Positions 40,823 to 51,877 are shown, counted from the stretch's first letter. The stretch: DNA of 64,000 bases from an uncultured Nitrososphaerota archaeon (GCA_963824385.1 CAWGPD010000004.1:128001-192000), one strand, 5' to 3'. The notes: generated by a model not told the origin, from the letters alone. Translations and numbers: made by a program.

Positions 40823-41419
40823 TTGAAGATACAAAAACAAAGCATAGTGTTTGTAGTCAGTGTATCACTAGTTTACTGTGCAATATCTGCAGGATTTTCT
40901 CTAGTCGGAACAGTTCTTCCAGACAGAATGGTGTTGCTTAATCCAATAGAACATGGAAGTTTAAGCGTAAAAGAGATTGGAGGACATTTCATTTGGGGGC
41001 TTGTTGCAGGAATTGTCACATTACGACTCCGATACATACTGCTGGGAGGAATACTAGCAGTCCTAATAGACTCTGATCATCTCATAGGACTATTACATGT
41101 AGAAGCCATACCTCGAATGAGTCATTCCATCACATTTGCAGTATTGTCTACAATTATTTTATCACTGGTCTTTTCAAAAAAGGATTACCGATTAGGGGCA
41201 ATTGCATTTACAAGTGTACTTGCTCATATTTCATATGACATGTTTGAAGACTCGTATGGATTTCCAATCTTTACACCGTTTGTAAACAAAATAATCAATA
41301 TTCCAAGAACAGACTGGATAGTCTTTGAGATTGCCGCAATTTGTATAGTTGGAATTGTAAGTTTTATTGTCACAAGAAAAGAAACAGATGCGAAAAAAAT
41401 TAACCGTGATTCAGGTTAG
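40823..41419 (+). CDS. membrane metal-dependent hydrolase (YdjM-like)
   Basis: GHF, LIDSDH, R.SHSI, LAHISYD motifs with TM helices. Confidence 0.78.
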   Translation: MKIQKQSIVFVVSVSLVYCAISAGFSLVGTVLPDRMVLLNPIEHGSLSVKEIGGHFIWGLVAGIVTLRLRYILLGGILAVLIDSDHLIGLLHVEAIPRMSHSITFAVLSTIILSLVFSKKDYRLGAIAFTSVLAHISYDMFEDSYGFPIFTPFVNKIINIPRTDWIVFEIAAICIVGIVSFIVTRKETDAKKINRDSG

Positions 41420-41424
41420 ATAAA

Positions 41425-42180
41425 TCATACTTCATCAAAATGACGCAGGTTAAGCGATGGAGTTGCTTCTTTCTTCCACATAGTCCTGTCTTTTAGACAT
41501 CGCGCCTGCTCAGTATCTATCGGTATATCATGCTCGATAAATACAGGAATCTCATTTACACCTAATTCATCTGCTGCAACGGCTCTATGTCTTCCATCAT
41601 GATAGACAAACTGACACTTGATCAAATCCAATTTTAGAAATGGTGCATCCTGTGGCTTGCACTTTGAAATTCGCTTTCGTTTGTGTTTTACCAAAAGTTC
41701 AGTAGTCCTTACATCATCTTCTGATCTTTTTTCAATAACCTCTCCTGCAAATGCATAGTTGAGAAATTCCGAAGGCTTCATGGTAGTATAAAGCAGCCTT
41801 CCTGTTCCGGCATCTTTTGGAAAATTGGCGTGAAAACCCCCAGTTCTGCTTCCCTCTTCAATAAAGTATTCAGGGCTTTTTTTTATTGCAGGAACTGGAA
41901 TGGTAGGAGTCCATACTGGATGATGACCTTTCTTTGCACTATTGTAGTCAAGTCTTCTCTGAAACATCTCTGTAATAGAAACAGGTGCAGATTCCAATGT
42001 TTTTAGCATGCGTTCTGCCTGCAATCTAGTTGGAATTTTCAATAGATATTTTTTTGCAGATAAGTCGTATTCTTTTTTGTAAATTTTATCCATGACATCA
42101 AGTAACTTGCAATCATCTAGTCGATTGATAAAAATATCATCACGTTCAGCTGTTATCTTGCTGTTTGTCATACCGGACAT
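41425..42180 (-). CDS. protein with C-terminal ParB/Srx-like domain
   Basis: MKPSEFL..A...PFL.L...HDGRHRAVAA.ELG..EIPV. Confidence 0.75.
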   Translation of the reverse strand: MSGMTNSKITAERDDIFINRLDDCKLLDVMDKIYKKEYDLSAKKYLLKIPTRLQAERMLKTLESAPVSITEMFQRRLDYNSAKKGHHPVWTPTIPVPAIKKSPEYFIEEGSRTGGFHANFPKDAGTGRLLYTTMKPSEFLNYAFAGEVIEKRSEDDVRTTELLVKHKRKRISKCKPQDAPFLKLDLIKCQFVYHDGRHRAVAADELGVNEIPVFIEHDIPIDTEQARCLKDRTMWKKEATPSLNLRHFDEV

Positions 42181-42292
42181 GTAACTTTACCATTATAGTA
42201 GTTTTCCAAATATTTTTCCACATTCAAGATGTATCATCTTTGGACACACTAGAAATTAAAGACAAAAATTGTAAATTAAGCTAAAAAAATGA

Positions 42293-45193
42293 TTAGACTA
42301 TAACAAATCTTCTAGATATCACTATGCTTCCAATTACAGATATTATAATTACCACTCCCACTATAGGGCCAAATTCAGGAACTGTTGGAGACATTATCTT
42401 TGACATGTTCATTATAGTTATACTGTGGGTAGAAAAGTGCGGAACTAGAACCAACACCTGTACTCCACTTTGAGTAACTACTATGGCAAAGCTTGGATTA
42501 TCTGTTGATTTTGCATGCAATATGGCATCCATGTTTGCTGCCGGTTGTATGAGCTGTCCATCATACATCACACCAAGATCCTTTAGATTTGCTACATTAA
42601 TTGTGGTAGCGTTAAGATTAAATGAAATAACCTTTGGCCCTGTATGACTGGGTGCAGTTACATTGACATTTAATGAATTTGGTGTAGTGTTGGTTGTTTG
42701 AACTGTAACATTATTGTCAATTGATGTAGTTGTGGATTGATTAGTACCAACATTTACTTCTGCAGCTATCGTTTGGTTGGCTTTGGCTTGACTGATGTCT
42801 TGAATTTCTTGTGGAGTTGCAAGTGTAGTAGTAGATAATGATGATGACAAACCATTTACCAATAATGCTGATGTTGCAGTACTTCCTGAATGAGTAGAGT
42901 CACCTGCATAAAATGCAGTTATAGTCACACTGTTACTTGGATTCAAAGGCGGGGTGTATTGAAGTGAACAAGTATTACTTGACACTATACAGGTATCTGG
43001 ACTAAATGAGCCACCTGCTCCATTATCTGTCCATGTGACTAGTCCAATCATACTTGAAGAAGGATTAGTTGTATCTGCAACCGTTACAGCAAATGTGACT
43101 TTGGCTCCAGCAGAAAATGTTGCAGGGTTTGGAATAATTGCTGCAGTTGTAGGATCAAGTCCGGTTGTAGACGATGTAGTACTAGTACTTGTTGAAAGTG
43201 TGTTTGCAGACAACTGAACCAAGCCAGTAGTTGCCTGATGTGCAGCATCACCACCATAACTTGCAGTTATGGTTATTGCACTTGGAGGATTTGCAGATGG
43301 AGTATATGTTACAGTACATGTGCCAGACGCTAGAGTACATGTGGATGAACTAAATGTACCACCAAAATTTCCGTCACTCCAGATCATTGTTCCTGTTGGA
43401 ATACTTTGAGAGTCTGCAGGGTCGGTAACTGTTGCGGTAAATGTCACTGCAGTTCCAGATACATATGTTGCTGGATTTGGCGATACTGTAACTGATGAGG
43501 TAGTAGAATAAGAGGAATTCATTGTCAAAGTTGTCGTTCCCGAGTTTGCTGCATGGTTAGTGTCACCATTATAGCTTGTTGTTATACTAATGGAATTTGG
43601 TGCGTTAGATGAGGGAGTGTATGTTACAGTACATGTGCCTGATGACAAGTCACATGTGGATGAATTAAACGACCCACCGGCAGTTCCATCACTCCAAATC
43701 ATTGTTCCTGTAGGAATACTTTGAGAGTCTGCAGGGTCGGTAACTGTTGCGGTAAATGTCACTGCAGTTCCTGATACATATGTTGCTGGATTTGGCGATA
43801 CTGTAACTAATGAAGATGAAAGGGAGTTTGTTGTCAAGAGTGACGTTCCAGAGTTTGCAGTATGACTAGGGTCACCGCCATCAGTTTGCTGTTATAGTAA
43901 TGGAATTTGGTGCATTAGATGAGGGAGTGTATGTTACAGTACACGTGCCTGATGACAAGTCACATGTGGATGAATTAAACGTCCCACCAGTATTGCCGTC
44001 ACTCCAAATTACTTGTCCCGTTGGGATATTTTGAGAATATGTAGAGCCAGTAACTGTTGCGGTAAATGTCACTGCAGTTCCAGATACATATGTTGCTGGA
44101 TTTGGCGATACTGTAACTGATGAAGATGAAGTAATAGAAGCTGAGTTTATTGCAAGGTTGTAGATCCCGAATTTGCAGTATGACTAGTGTCACCGCCATA
44201 GCTTGCTGTCATAGTAATAGAATTTGGCGCGTTAGATGGTGCAGTATATGTAACAATACATGTGCCTGATGACAAGTAACATGTAGATGAACTAAATATA
44301 CCGCCGATATTTCCGTCACTCCAAGTTACTGACCCTGTTGGCATCGTAGGTGAATTTGACATATCAGCAACTATTGCAGATAATGTCAAGGCTTGACCCG
44401 GAACATAAGATGCAGAGTTGGGCGTTACGGAAACCGATGGAGTAGATTGGTTTGAGGTTATCGTAATTGAAAATGTGCTGATCACTGGTTGAATGGGATA
44501 TTGTTGCATCCCGTTTGCTTGAATTGTCACCTGATAAGTTCCCGCTGTTTGAAACTGAAAACTAATGTTTGCTACACCTAGAGCAGTATGTGATAAAGTT
44601 GAATATATCGGATTTCCTTGTTGTGTTATAGAAACTGTATAATCTACATCTAGACTTGTTGAAATTAATTTTAAAATAAGTTGGTGTGCCAACAACTGGA
44701 TTTATCGGATAAGTAGAAAATTGTATTGAAAGTCCATTATTAGAAACCTGGATTTTGTTGTGGCATTTGATTATAGTATGAGTTATATGAACCAGAAGTT
44801 TGTCCATATGGCGGCCCTTGGGATCTCATTGTAGAATTATACCTTTGTTGATAAACATAACCTGATGATTGTGATGAGTTTTGATAATTGGATGAAGACA
44901 TAGTATGTGTACCATTATGTGAATATGCATAACTTGATGATTGCTGGGAGTTTTGGTAAGTTGATGAAGGTATGGCGGGTGTACCATTATGCGAATATGC
45001 AGAATTTGCCGTGTTCCCAATATTATATACTGTGTGTAGTACCAGTAGACGTGGTTGTACTCATTCTAGTATTATACTGAGAGTGGAAATTATGAGAGGC
45101 CATTTGGGCATGTGCAGTTTGTTCCAGAGCACCAAAAGCAAGACTTGTCATGGATACCATTATGACAATTAGTAATATCTTAGAACGATTCAG
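42293..45193 (-). CDS. large PEFG-CTERM surface protein with five Ig-like repeats (split by several indels)
   Basis: Signal peptide near 45190-45110; S/N/Y/Q-rich region; repeats VSPNPATY..WSDG..C.LSSGTC..Y.GD..H; ends PHFSTH...VPEFG + TM + RR. Confidence 0.85.
43190..44430. repeat. ~310-bp tandem Ig-domain repeats, near-identical at DNA level
   Basis: CATATGTTGCTGGATTTGGCGATACTGTAACT at 43462, 43777 and 44087. Confidence 0.9.
44857..45000. repeat. 72-bp duplicated unit encoding AYSHNGT...YQNS.QSS.Y
   Basis: GTACCATTATG(C/T)GAATATGC at 44909 and 44981. Confidence 0.8.
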
Positions 45194-45371
45194 AATTTGT
45201 GTTAACCGTCGTCTATTAATAAGTAGATCTCACTTTTTAGTGGCAAAATATAATAGCATTAAAAGTTTGGTCAATCAATTTACAATACAAAAGTTGTAAC
45301 TTGTAGTTATCATTTAATCAAAACAGTTTGAAAACAAAAAGACAATTTAATTATTAGGCAAATCTAGTGTT

Positions 45372-45860
45372 ATGCATATGGTCTCTGAAAAAATAGTTAG
45401 GTTTCAAAACAAGAACAAGGACCTAAATCAACTAGCCCAGCAAATAACCACAATGTTGCAACAAGACGGATACAAGATACAGATGACTTCAACTTCACCA
45501 ATAGGGATAGTTATGCAGGCAACAAAGGCAGGCATTCTCAGAGACATCATAACTGCCGATAGGGCATTTACCATAATGATAAGCGGAGACCCAAACGACT
45601 TTGCAATACACATAGGAATTGGGAAATTGATACAAAATATTGCAGTTGCTGCAGCAGAGGTATTGTTTTTATCAGCGTTATTTTTAGCAGTTGACATTCC
45701 AGAGATGCTCTGGACAAGACATGTTGAAGAAGAGATATTAAAGAAAATAACACAGATTGTTGGATACATTTCGTTCTTTGAGAATACTTTCATCTTCTTT
45801 ACGAGCACGTCCTTCTCACGCTACTGCAGGAGGCGTTTGAGATACAGTGACATTTTTTAG
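45372..45860 (+). CDS. hypothetical protein with hydrophobic hairpin (3' end uncertain)
   Basis: Natural-looking up to ...KKITQIVG; the tail after 45765 looks unrelated. Confidence 0.7.
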   Translation: MHMVSEKIVRFQNKNKDLNQLAQQITTMLQQDGYKIQMTSTSPIGIVMQATKAGILRDIITADRAFTIMISGDPNDFAIHIGIGKLIQNIAVAAAEVLFLSALFLAVDIPEMLWTRHVEEEILKKITQIVGYISFFENTFIFFTSTSFSRYCRRRLRYSDIF

Positions 45861-46151
45861 AAAATTTGGCATGAAGAAAGAAAATATCAAGGAACCAATA
45901 ATTTGGTCCTGTTTTATTAACTGGGCACAAATACTTCAAAGAACAGAAAACAGGGCTAAAATCATCTCTGCCAAAAAACTATCTAGCCTGCATTAAGATG
46001 CATTACTGAATTGAGACTATTATTCATCTAAAATTTTTAATAAAATCATTTTAAAAGAAAAATATCTTGTCATGACTACTTTGCAAAACCAAACCTGAAA
46101 ATCAATCCATTTGTTAATATACAAAGATTGTATTATAGTATCTGAAATAAT

Positions 46152-46530
46152 ATGGAAGATACACATGAATCATGCAAATCAGAAGGCGGCGCAAGATGCG
46201 AGTTGCGGATCAATGTCTTCTCACGAACACCATGGCAGCGGTCACATGTCATCTCATGGAGAATGCGGTTGTGGCGAGAGGCACCAATCACATTCCATGA
46301 CAAAGATGTACAAACATGCATACATGGATGCACTGTATCAAGCCCAAGTTGAACGCATCAGAAAAAGAATTGATGCCAAATTTGGAACGACACTTGATAA
46401 AATGGCAGATGCTGTAGTAGAGTCTTTTGGTAAGATGTGGGAATCAAAGATGGCAAAAATTGAAGCATGGCAGGGACTTGAATCTAAACTTAGAACCATT
46501 CTTTCTGAAAAAGGCCAAAATCTAAAATAA
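46152..46530 (+). CDS. His/Cys-rich N-terminal putative metal-binding protein
   Basis: SCGSMSSHEHHGSGHMSSHGECGCGERHQSH then a helical domain; start at 46165, or at 46152 with an indel. Confidence 0.75.
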
Positions 46531-46674
46531 TCTCCCGTCTTTTTTTGATCTATTAATGAATCGCGTTACAAGTAAAATCATTCCGTGTTTAGGATAACAA
46601 TTTCATGTGTCGATTAGTGATGCGATACATAGTCAGTTATTGCATTTTGATAATAATCGCTTAACATTCAAAGG

Positions 46675-47364
46675 TCAAGAAATCTTGTTTGGTTTTACTT
46701 TTTTCTGATGTCGTATTTTGGCTGCTCGTACTGCAAGTAAAATTATTCCAATTATTAAAACAATAATTCCAATAAAGTACCAAGTTTGAATCATAGAGCA
46801 TATTTGTTGCGTTTGCTGTTGAATAATTTGTGCAAATATTCCAACTATAGAACTACAGAGATTTGAATACCCAAATAAAAACATGGTTGAAATTCCTCCG
46901 AGGATTATGAAAATAATTCCCATAATTGCAAGTCCTGCTTGCCGGGATTGTTTAGTGCCAAGTTTTCCTTTTTGTTGCATAGATTTTCTAGTATCAATAA
47001 AATTATGCTCGTCATGAAATGCCCCACATCTTGAACAAAAACTAAACATCAGTGGTACAAGAGTTCCGCATTTTGGACATAAATCAGCAAGATGTCCATT
47101 AGTGGATGTGGTGTCTCCCTCGTATCTCTGCTTTGCAGTTTGAATTTTTTTCTCAAGAGATCCTACGGTTGATTTTTTCTGATATTCATTTTCTTCCACA
47201 TGCGGATAGAGGTATTTTGAGACTAACATGTCCACATATCTTCGATCAGATGGATATGCTTCTTCTTCAGTTTTCAATCTGTTCAGTATGGATTCTAACC
47301 TAACAGGATCCCCATAACCAAATTCCATTAATTGTTCAACAAGTTCGATTAGCGCTTCCTTCAT
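46675..47364 (-). CDS. membrane protein with N-terminal helical domain, zinc ribbon and two TM helices
   Basis: GDPVRLESIL...SDRRYV; CPKCG..FCSRCG; two hydrophobic segments. Confidence 0.78.
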   Translation of the reverse strand: MKEALIELVEQLMEFGYGDPVRLESILNRLKTEEEAYPSDRRYVDMLVSKYLYPHVEENEYQKKSTVGSLEKKIQTAKQRYEGDTTSTNGHLADLCPKCGTLVPLMFSFCSRCGAFHDEHNFIDTRKSMQQKGKLGTKQSRQAGLAIMGIIFIILGGISTMFLFGYSNLCSSIVGIFAQIIQQQTQQICSMIQTWYFIGIIVLIIGIILLAVRAAKIRHQKKVKPNKIS

Positions 47365-47474
47365 GAATAATAATTTGGTAATTTCTCTAATTAAAAGACA
47401 TTTTGCTCATTTTCAATATTTTTACCCATAAGACATTAGATAAACTTGGAAAAAATAAAAAAGGAGATGGGAAG

Positions 47475-48416
47475 TTAATGTTTGTGATTTATTATTTCTT
47501 GCAGTTGATGAATTACCTCTCCTGCAGCCTTGATGTCACTCCAAATAGCACTTGATTGTGTTCCTTGATACTGGTTAGAACCTACTTGATTTAGTGCGGT
47601 TTGCGCATTAGTGATATCAACCTGTGCTTGGCCAACTAGGGATTGAAATGAAGATGCGCTATTTTTGCCAGCAAGCAGATTTAATTTTGCTTGATCTGCC
47701 TGGATTGCAGTATTTGCTGCAAAGTGGAAGTTGTCACCAGTTTTGCATCCATTGTACAAACAGAAACTATTCAATGCAGTTTGAAGTCTGTGTTTTGTTC
47801 TGAGCATCGCTTACTGCAGATTGGAATGCTTGAATTTGATCATATGCATTATCAATTGTCTGGTTAAGACTTGCAGTATTTGCCCCATGTTCTGTCAACC
47901 TGTTAGACAAGTTCTGAGCATTTGTCATAGCCCTATCAAATTTCTGAATCTTCACCTGGCCTTTTTGTTGTTGGACTGCAAAGAGACAACTCTTCTGAGA
48001 TGATTGTAGTGAGCATTATCTGATTTTAAAGTAGAGTTGACTGTCTTGCTGTGTACAGTCCTTATTGCAGAAATTGCATCAAGGCTAGATGTTCGCTGAT
48101 CAGAGTGGTATTGCTGAGAATCTATTTTAAACTGGGCTGCGTTATTGTTTGTTGCATCTGTTTGCAGTGCAGTAAGATCAGCATTTAATTTCTGAATGTC
48201 GTTGTTTGTTATGGTTGAAGTTATTGTTGAATTGTTTATGACATTTACAACATCGCTGAGGTAATCAGTGGCATGAGTATCAATACATGTCACAGATGCC
48301 AGTTACAATTGCAGGTTTGAGGATGGAGTTACCGAATCCTGATCTGCAAAAGCAACATATGGCATAATCAATATCAGTGATGCAAGAAATGCACCATATT
48401 TTACTATTGGATTCAT
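47475..48416 (-). CDS. secreted alpha-helical Gln/Asn/Ala-rich protein (four fragments)
   Basis: Signal peptide MNPIVKYGAFLASLILIMPYVAFA; consecutive ORFs of the same composition in shifting frames. Confidence 0.65.
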
Positions 48417-48582
48417 TATGCTTCGATGTTTTTTTAATAAATAAAACATTACGTATCTTTGTTCAGTGACAAATTTAATTTGATGTATGTAAAAAATAAA
48501 AAAGACAACTAGTAGATATGATGATTCCAAAATACACAATTACAAATATTGTATGATATAGTAGAAGATTAGGAAAAATATC

Positions 48583-48738
48583 ATGATAGGGTTTGTAGCA
48601 ATATGTAGAACCTGCAAGACTAAATTTGTAATTCCAGATATGGGTCCATGCACCGACTTGGAATACAAGGACTACATCAAAGATACAGGGTTTGTGTGCA
48701 AGTGTGGCAAAAATGACTGGTGTCTAATCATAGATTAA
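48583..48738 (+). CDS. 51-aa Cys-rich microprotein
   Basis: Manual translation MIGFVAICRTCKTKFVIPDMGPCTDLEYKDYIKDTGFVCKCGKNDWCLIID*. Confidence 0.7.
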   Translation: MIGFVAICRTCKTKFVIPDMGPCTDLEYKDYIKDTGFVCKCGKNDWCLIID

Positions 48739-48836
48739 AAGATATCAATGCATGTTTTGTAATTTCTAGTAGATATAATATAGAAACAATTTTTCACGTC
48801 TGATAGATTTATTTCAGATTATACTTTAGATGTCAT

Positions 48837-49347
48837 GTGCGAAAAAAAAAGGTGTCAAATCCTAATCTAAGAATGCAGGTAGACTGTTGCAATTGGTGTT
48901 TTAATAATAGCCATAGTCATCATTGTAAATTATTATCTAGACCAGACACAGCTCTCAGGTCAGAGGTTTGGAGACCAATTGGCTCAGATTCAGCAAGATC
49001 TTAAAAATGAGACTCAGAGTTTTGATGTACACCTTACTCAATACAAAAATGGGCAGATATCAAAAGACCAGATGCTCAACATAACTGATAGTCATATAAT
49101 GATAGTACAAAACATTCTCCCCAGATATGATCAATTAAAGGCACCAGAGACTTTTGCGCCGTCACTAGAATTATTCAAACTCTCTACTCAGACTCAGATT
49201 GAAAGCGACCAGACTCTAAGAGAATGGGTAGTAACAGGAGATAATGCGACATATGCCAAATCAAACCAGCTGTTGCAGCAGTCATTCCAATATGAAATGA
49301 ATGCACTCCAGTCTTATGAAAATGCAAAATCTACAGGCTCACAGTAA
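48837..49347 (+). CDS. N-terminally anchored helical protein (5' indel)
   Basis: The 122-aa ORF extends upstream in frame through a TM helix (VAIGVLIIAIVIIVNYY). Confidence 0.7.
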
Positions 49348-49794
49348 GCCTTTTTGATGTGCAAAATCCAGTATGCCACTTAGATTTCCTAGTAGTTCTT
49401 TTTTCTCCAATGGAACAGGAGAGTCAAATAATATTCCAAGTGTAATGCTTAGCATGTCATGGTCTGTATGAGAGACCAAGATTTTATGATGTTCAATTTG
49501 TTTTTCCATAGTCAGATTTTTCCAGGCCAAAATTCTAGTATAGACATCTTGCAGCTGTTGTGCAACATAGTCAAGGTGCATCTCTTTTCCATCTTCAAAC
49601 AATCCAAACTTGACAAGAGGCAACATCATATATCCACCTTTAATTGGATCATGATTTTTTATCATCTCTGCAATAACCTGGTCTGCTTTGTCTTCTGGTT
49701 GAATATCTCCATACTCTGGTGCAAAATATCCTGCAAGAGTCTTGCGGTCATCGTAGATCTTAAAATAAGTTGTTTCTTGCTCTATGGTCCACAT
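49339..49794 (-). CDS. hypothetical protein
   Basis: 151-aa ORF. Confidence 0.7.
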   Translation of the reverse strand: MWTIEQETTYFKIYDDRKTLAGYFAPEYGDIQPEDKADQVIAEMIKNHDPIKGGYMMLPLVKFGLFEDGKEMHLDYVAQQLQDVYTRILAWKNLTMEKQIEHHKILVSHTDHDMLSITLGILFDSPVPLEKKELLGNLSGILDFAHQKGLL

Positions 49795-49798
49795 TATA

Positions 49799-50002
49799 TC
49801 ATGCCGTGATTTTTTCTGCTACTTGATTTATCTTTAGTTCACTAAGACACTTACCGCAAAAATACTCTTTTCCAGTATTAAATATTGTAGGATTTTTGCA
49901 CTTGGGACATTCCTTATTTACTCGATTTACTTCAATTGGCATGATAACACTGTAAACCAATTCCTCAAAAGATGCGAGGTCAAATTTAGTTTGTAATGGC
50001 AT
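49799..50002 (-). CDS. small zinc-ribbon protein
   Basis: ECPKCKNP...YFCGKC; start may be the internal MPIEV. Confidence 0.6.
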   Translation of the reverse strand: MPLQTKFDLASFEELVYSVIMPIEVNRVNKECPKCKNPTIFNTGKEYFCGKCLSELKINQVAEKITA

Positions 50003-50194
50003 TGATTTTACATAAATTATAGTTCTTTTAGGTGCTTTATGGCATTCAAGAGGTCTTTGATTTTTGATAAAAATCCACTATTTTTGCCCATTACAAGGAT
50101 TAAGGTATCAGACCCCTTCATTTGATTTAACACGTATTCTTTTCTAATAAAGACCGATACTAGTTTTTTCTAGTGTCAGAAGAGGAATTACATA

Positions 50195-50653
50195 TTATTG
50201 ATATGGTATGCACTGTTGTATGTCATGCAATCGTGCAATTGCATTTAGTGCATTATTTTTGTAATCTTCATTTCTTGCAAGCCATGAGGCAATATCTGTT
50301 GCAGTCACTATTCCCGCAAGCTTACCATCTTTTCCCACAACTACAAGACGTCTTATGTTATATGCAGACATCAATGTGGCAGCTTCTACAATTATCATCT
50401 CAGGCTCTACAGATATGATTGGATGTGACATAATCTTCTCAACTAGTACTTGAGAGGGTGTCAAATCTTGAGACGCAACCTTTGTTACAATATCTCTTTC
50501 TGTAAGTACTCCCACTGGATGTCCTCCCTGTGTAACCACAAGGGATCCCATTCCTAATTTTGTCATAATCTGAGTAGCCTCTAAAACACTCGAGTTTGTA
50601 GTAATGGTCTGAATAAATTCGGCCATTATTTCCTTGACAGTCGATTCGCTCAT
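50195..50653 (-). CDS. CBS-pair protein
   Basis: VKEIM, GVLTERDI, IRRLVVV, GIVTATDI motifs. Confidence 0.9.
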   Translation of the reverse strand: MSESTVKEIMAEFIQTITTNSSVLEATQIMTKLGMGSLVVTQGGHPVGVLTERDIVTKVASQDLTPSQVLVEKIMSHPIISVEPEMIIVEAATLMSAYNIRRLVVVGKDGKLAGIVTATDIASWLARNEDYKNNALNAIARLHDIQQCIPYQ

Positions 50654-50793
50654 CTTTAGAAACTATTGGATTTTAGATATTAATTCAAATATTTGAACAA
50701 TTCAAGTCTTGGTTAAATTTATTTTAGCAATATTCCACTTCAAGACCTTCATTATTAGTAGATTTAATATAATTAGCAGAAAAAAATTCAATA

Positions 50794-51228
50794 GTGAAAA
50801 ATATCAACAATGACGCACCATTAAAGTACTGTAAAACAATTCTTATCAATTCAAGCCCTGAAAAAATTTGGGCAATAATTACAAACATTGACCAATGGTC
50901 AAGATGGGAGACAGATATCAAAAACCCAAAGATAAATGGACAACTAATACCCAGTACAACATTTGACTTTAAAATAAATAGATTAAAAATTCACTCAAAT
51001 ATTCATACTGTTGAACCATTTCATCATTTTGGCTGGACGGCAAAAATTTTTGGGATGCATGTAATTCACAATATGACCCTTACAGAAACAAAAGGGCAAA
51101 CAATGGTATCAGATGACGAAAGCCTAGAAGGTTTCCTAGTACTGCTTTTTAAGAAATTATTTGACAAAAAATTAGAAAAAAACAAGCAAAACTGGCTCGA
51201 ACAGCTAAAAAAGGAATGTGAAAAGTAA
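50794..51228 (+). CDS. SRPBCC/polyketide cyclase-like protein
   Basis: I.INSSPEKIW..IT.I..W..W; VEP...FGW; WL..LK..CE. Confidence 0.85.
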   Translation: MKNINNDAPLKYCKTILINSSPEKIWAIITNIDQWSRWETDIKNPKINGQLIPSTTFDFKINRLKIHSNIHTVEPFHHFGWTAKIFGMHVIHNMTLTETKGQTMVSDDESLEGFLVLLFKKLFDKKLEKNKQNWLEQLKKECEK

Positions 51229-51256
51229 GCAAACTAAATAATAAAAGAAGATGGAA

Positions 51257-51457
51257 TTATCTAATAGTTTTGGGCCTGATTTCCTTGACTCGGTCTTCAT
51301 CCACGCTTATGTATTTACAACGTACATGGTGTCGCAGGTGTTCTCTTGCCTGTTTTTTGTTCTCACCTGAAGACCAATGCCAGCAGATAGAACATACTGC
51401 AGTCCATTTATTGCCAGATTGGATATCACCTAGTCTTGAAGGACTGGTTATTTGCAT
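51257..51457 (-). CDS. small C2H2-like zinc-finger protein
   Basis: CSICWHW...AREHLRHH. Confidence 0.5.
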   Translation of the reverse strand: MQITSPSRLGDIQSGNKWTAVCSICWHWSSGENKKQAREHLRHHVRCKYISVDEDRVKEIRPKTIR

Positions 51458-51590
51458 GATTGATAAAATCTCCCTTTTGTTCTTATTCTAGTTGTGTGAT
51501 CGATGTTGACCTATGTGAAAAATATTATTTCCCAATCCTCAACATTTAAAAAAATCAAACGTTATAAACAATGCAAATAAAATCTAGTTT

Positions 51591-51872
51591 GTGATTCCCC
51601 AGTCTACACGAAAATTCATCGACAGTCTAATTGACTATTATATCAGTGAAGCTGCCTCCTACAAACAGATAGCAAAGACATACCATGAAGAAGTCGAAGA
51701 TGTTAACGCAAATGCGTTTGGAATCATAGTAGGATGTGTATATTCTGGATTTTTACAGGCATATCAGAATCAGAAAGTAAAGCCATCGCTTGAGGACACT
51801 CAAGAATTTACACATATGATAAAATTGCGAGCCGCTCAGATAAAACGAAACATACTTGATGCCAAGATCTAA
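51591..51872 (+). CDS. hypothetical protein (thaumarchaeal type)
   Basis: 93-aa ORF, IDYYISEA..Y...AFGII.GC.YSGF. Confidence 0.75.
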   Translation: MIPQSTRKFIDSLIDYYISEAASYKQIAKTYHEEVEDVNANAFGIIVGCVYSGFLQAYQNQKVKPSLEDTQEFTHMIKLRAAQIKRNILDAKI

Positions 51873-51877
51873 ACTGT

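Noticed and set aside
45766..45856. Foreign-looking tail after ...ITQIVG (minus strand MSLYLKRLLQ*REKDVLVKKMKVFSKNEMY)
   Set aside because: Could be a decayed insertion, but I could identify no terminal repeats or transposase motif
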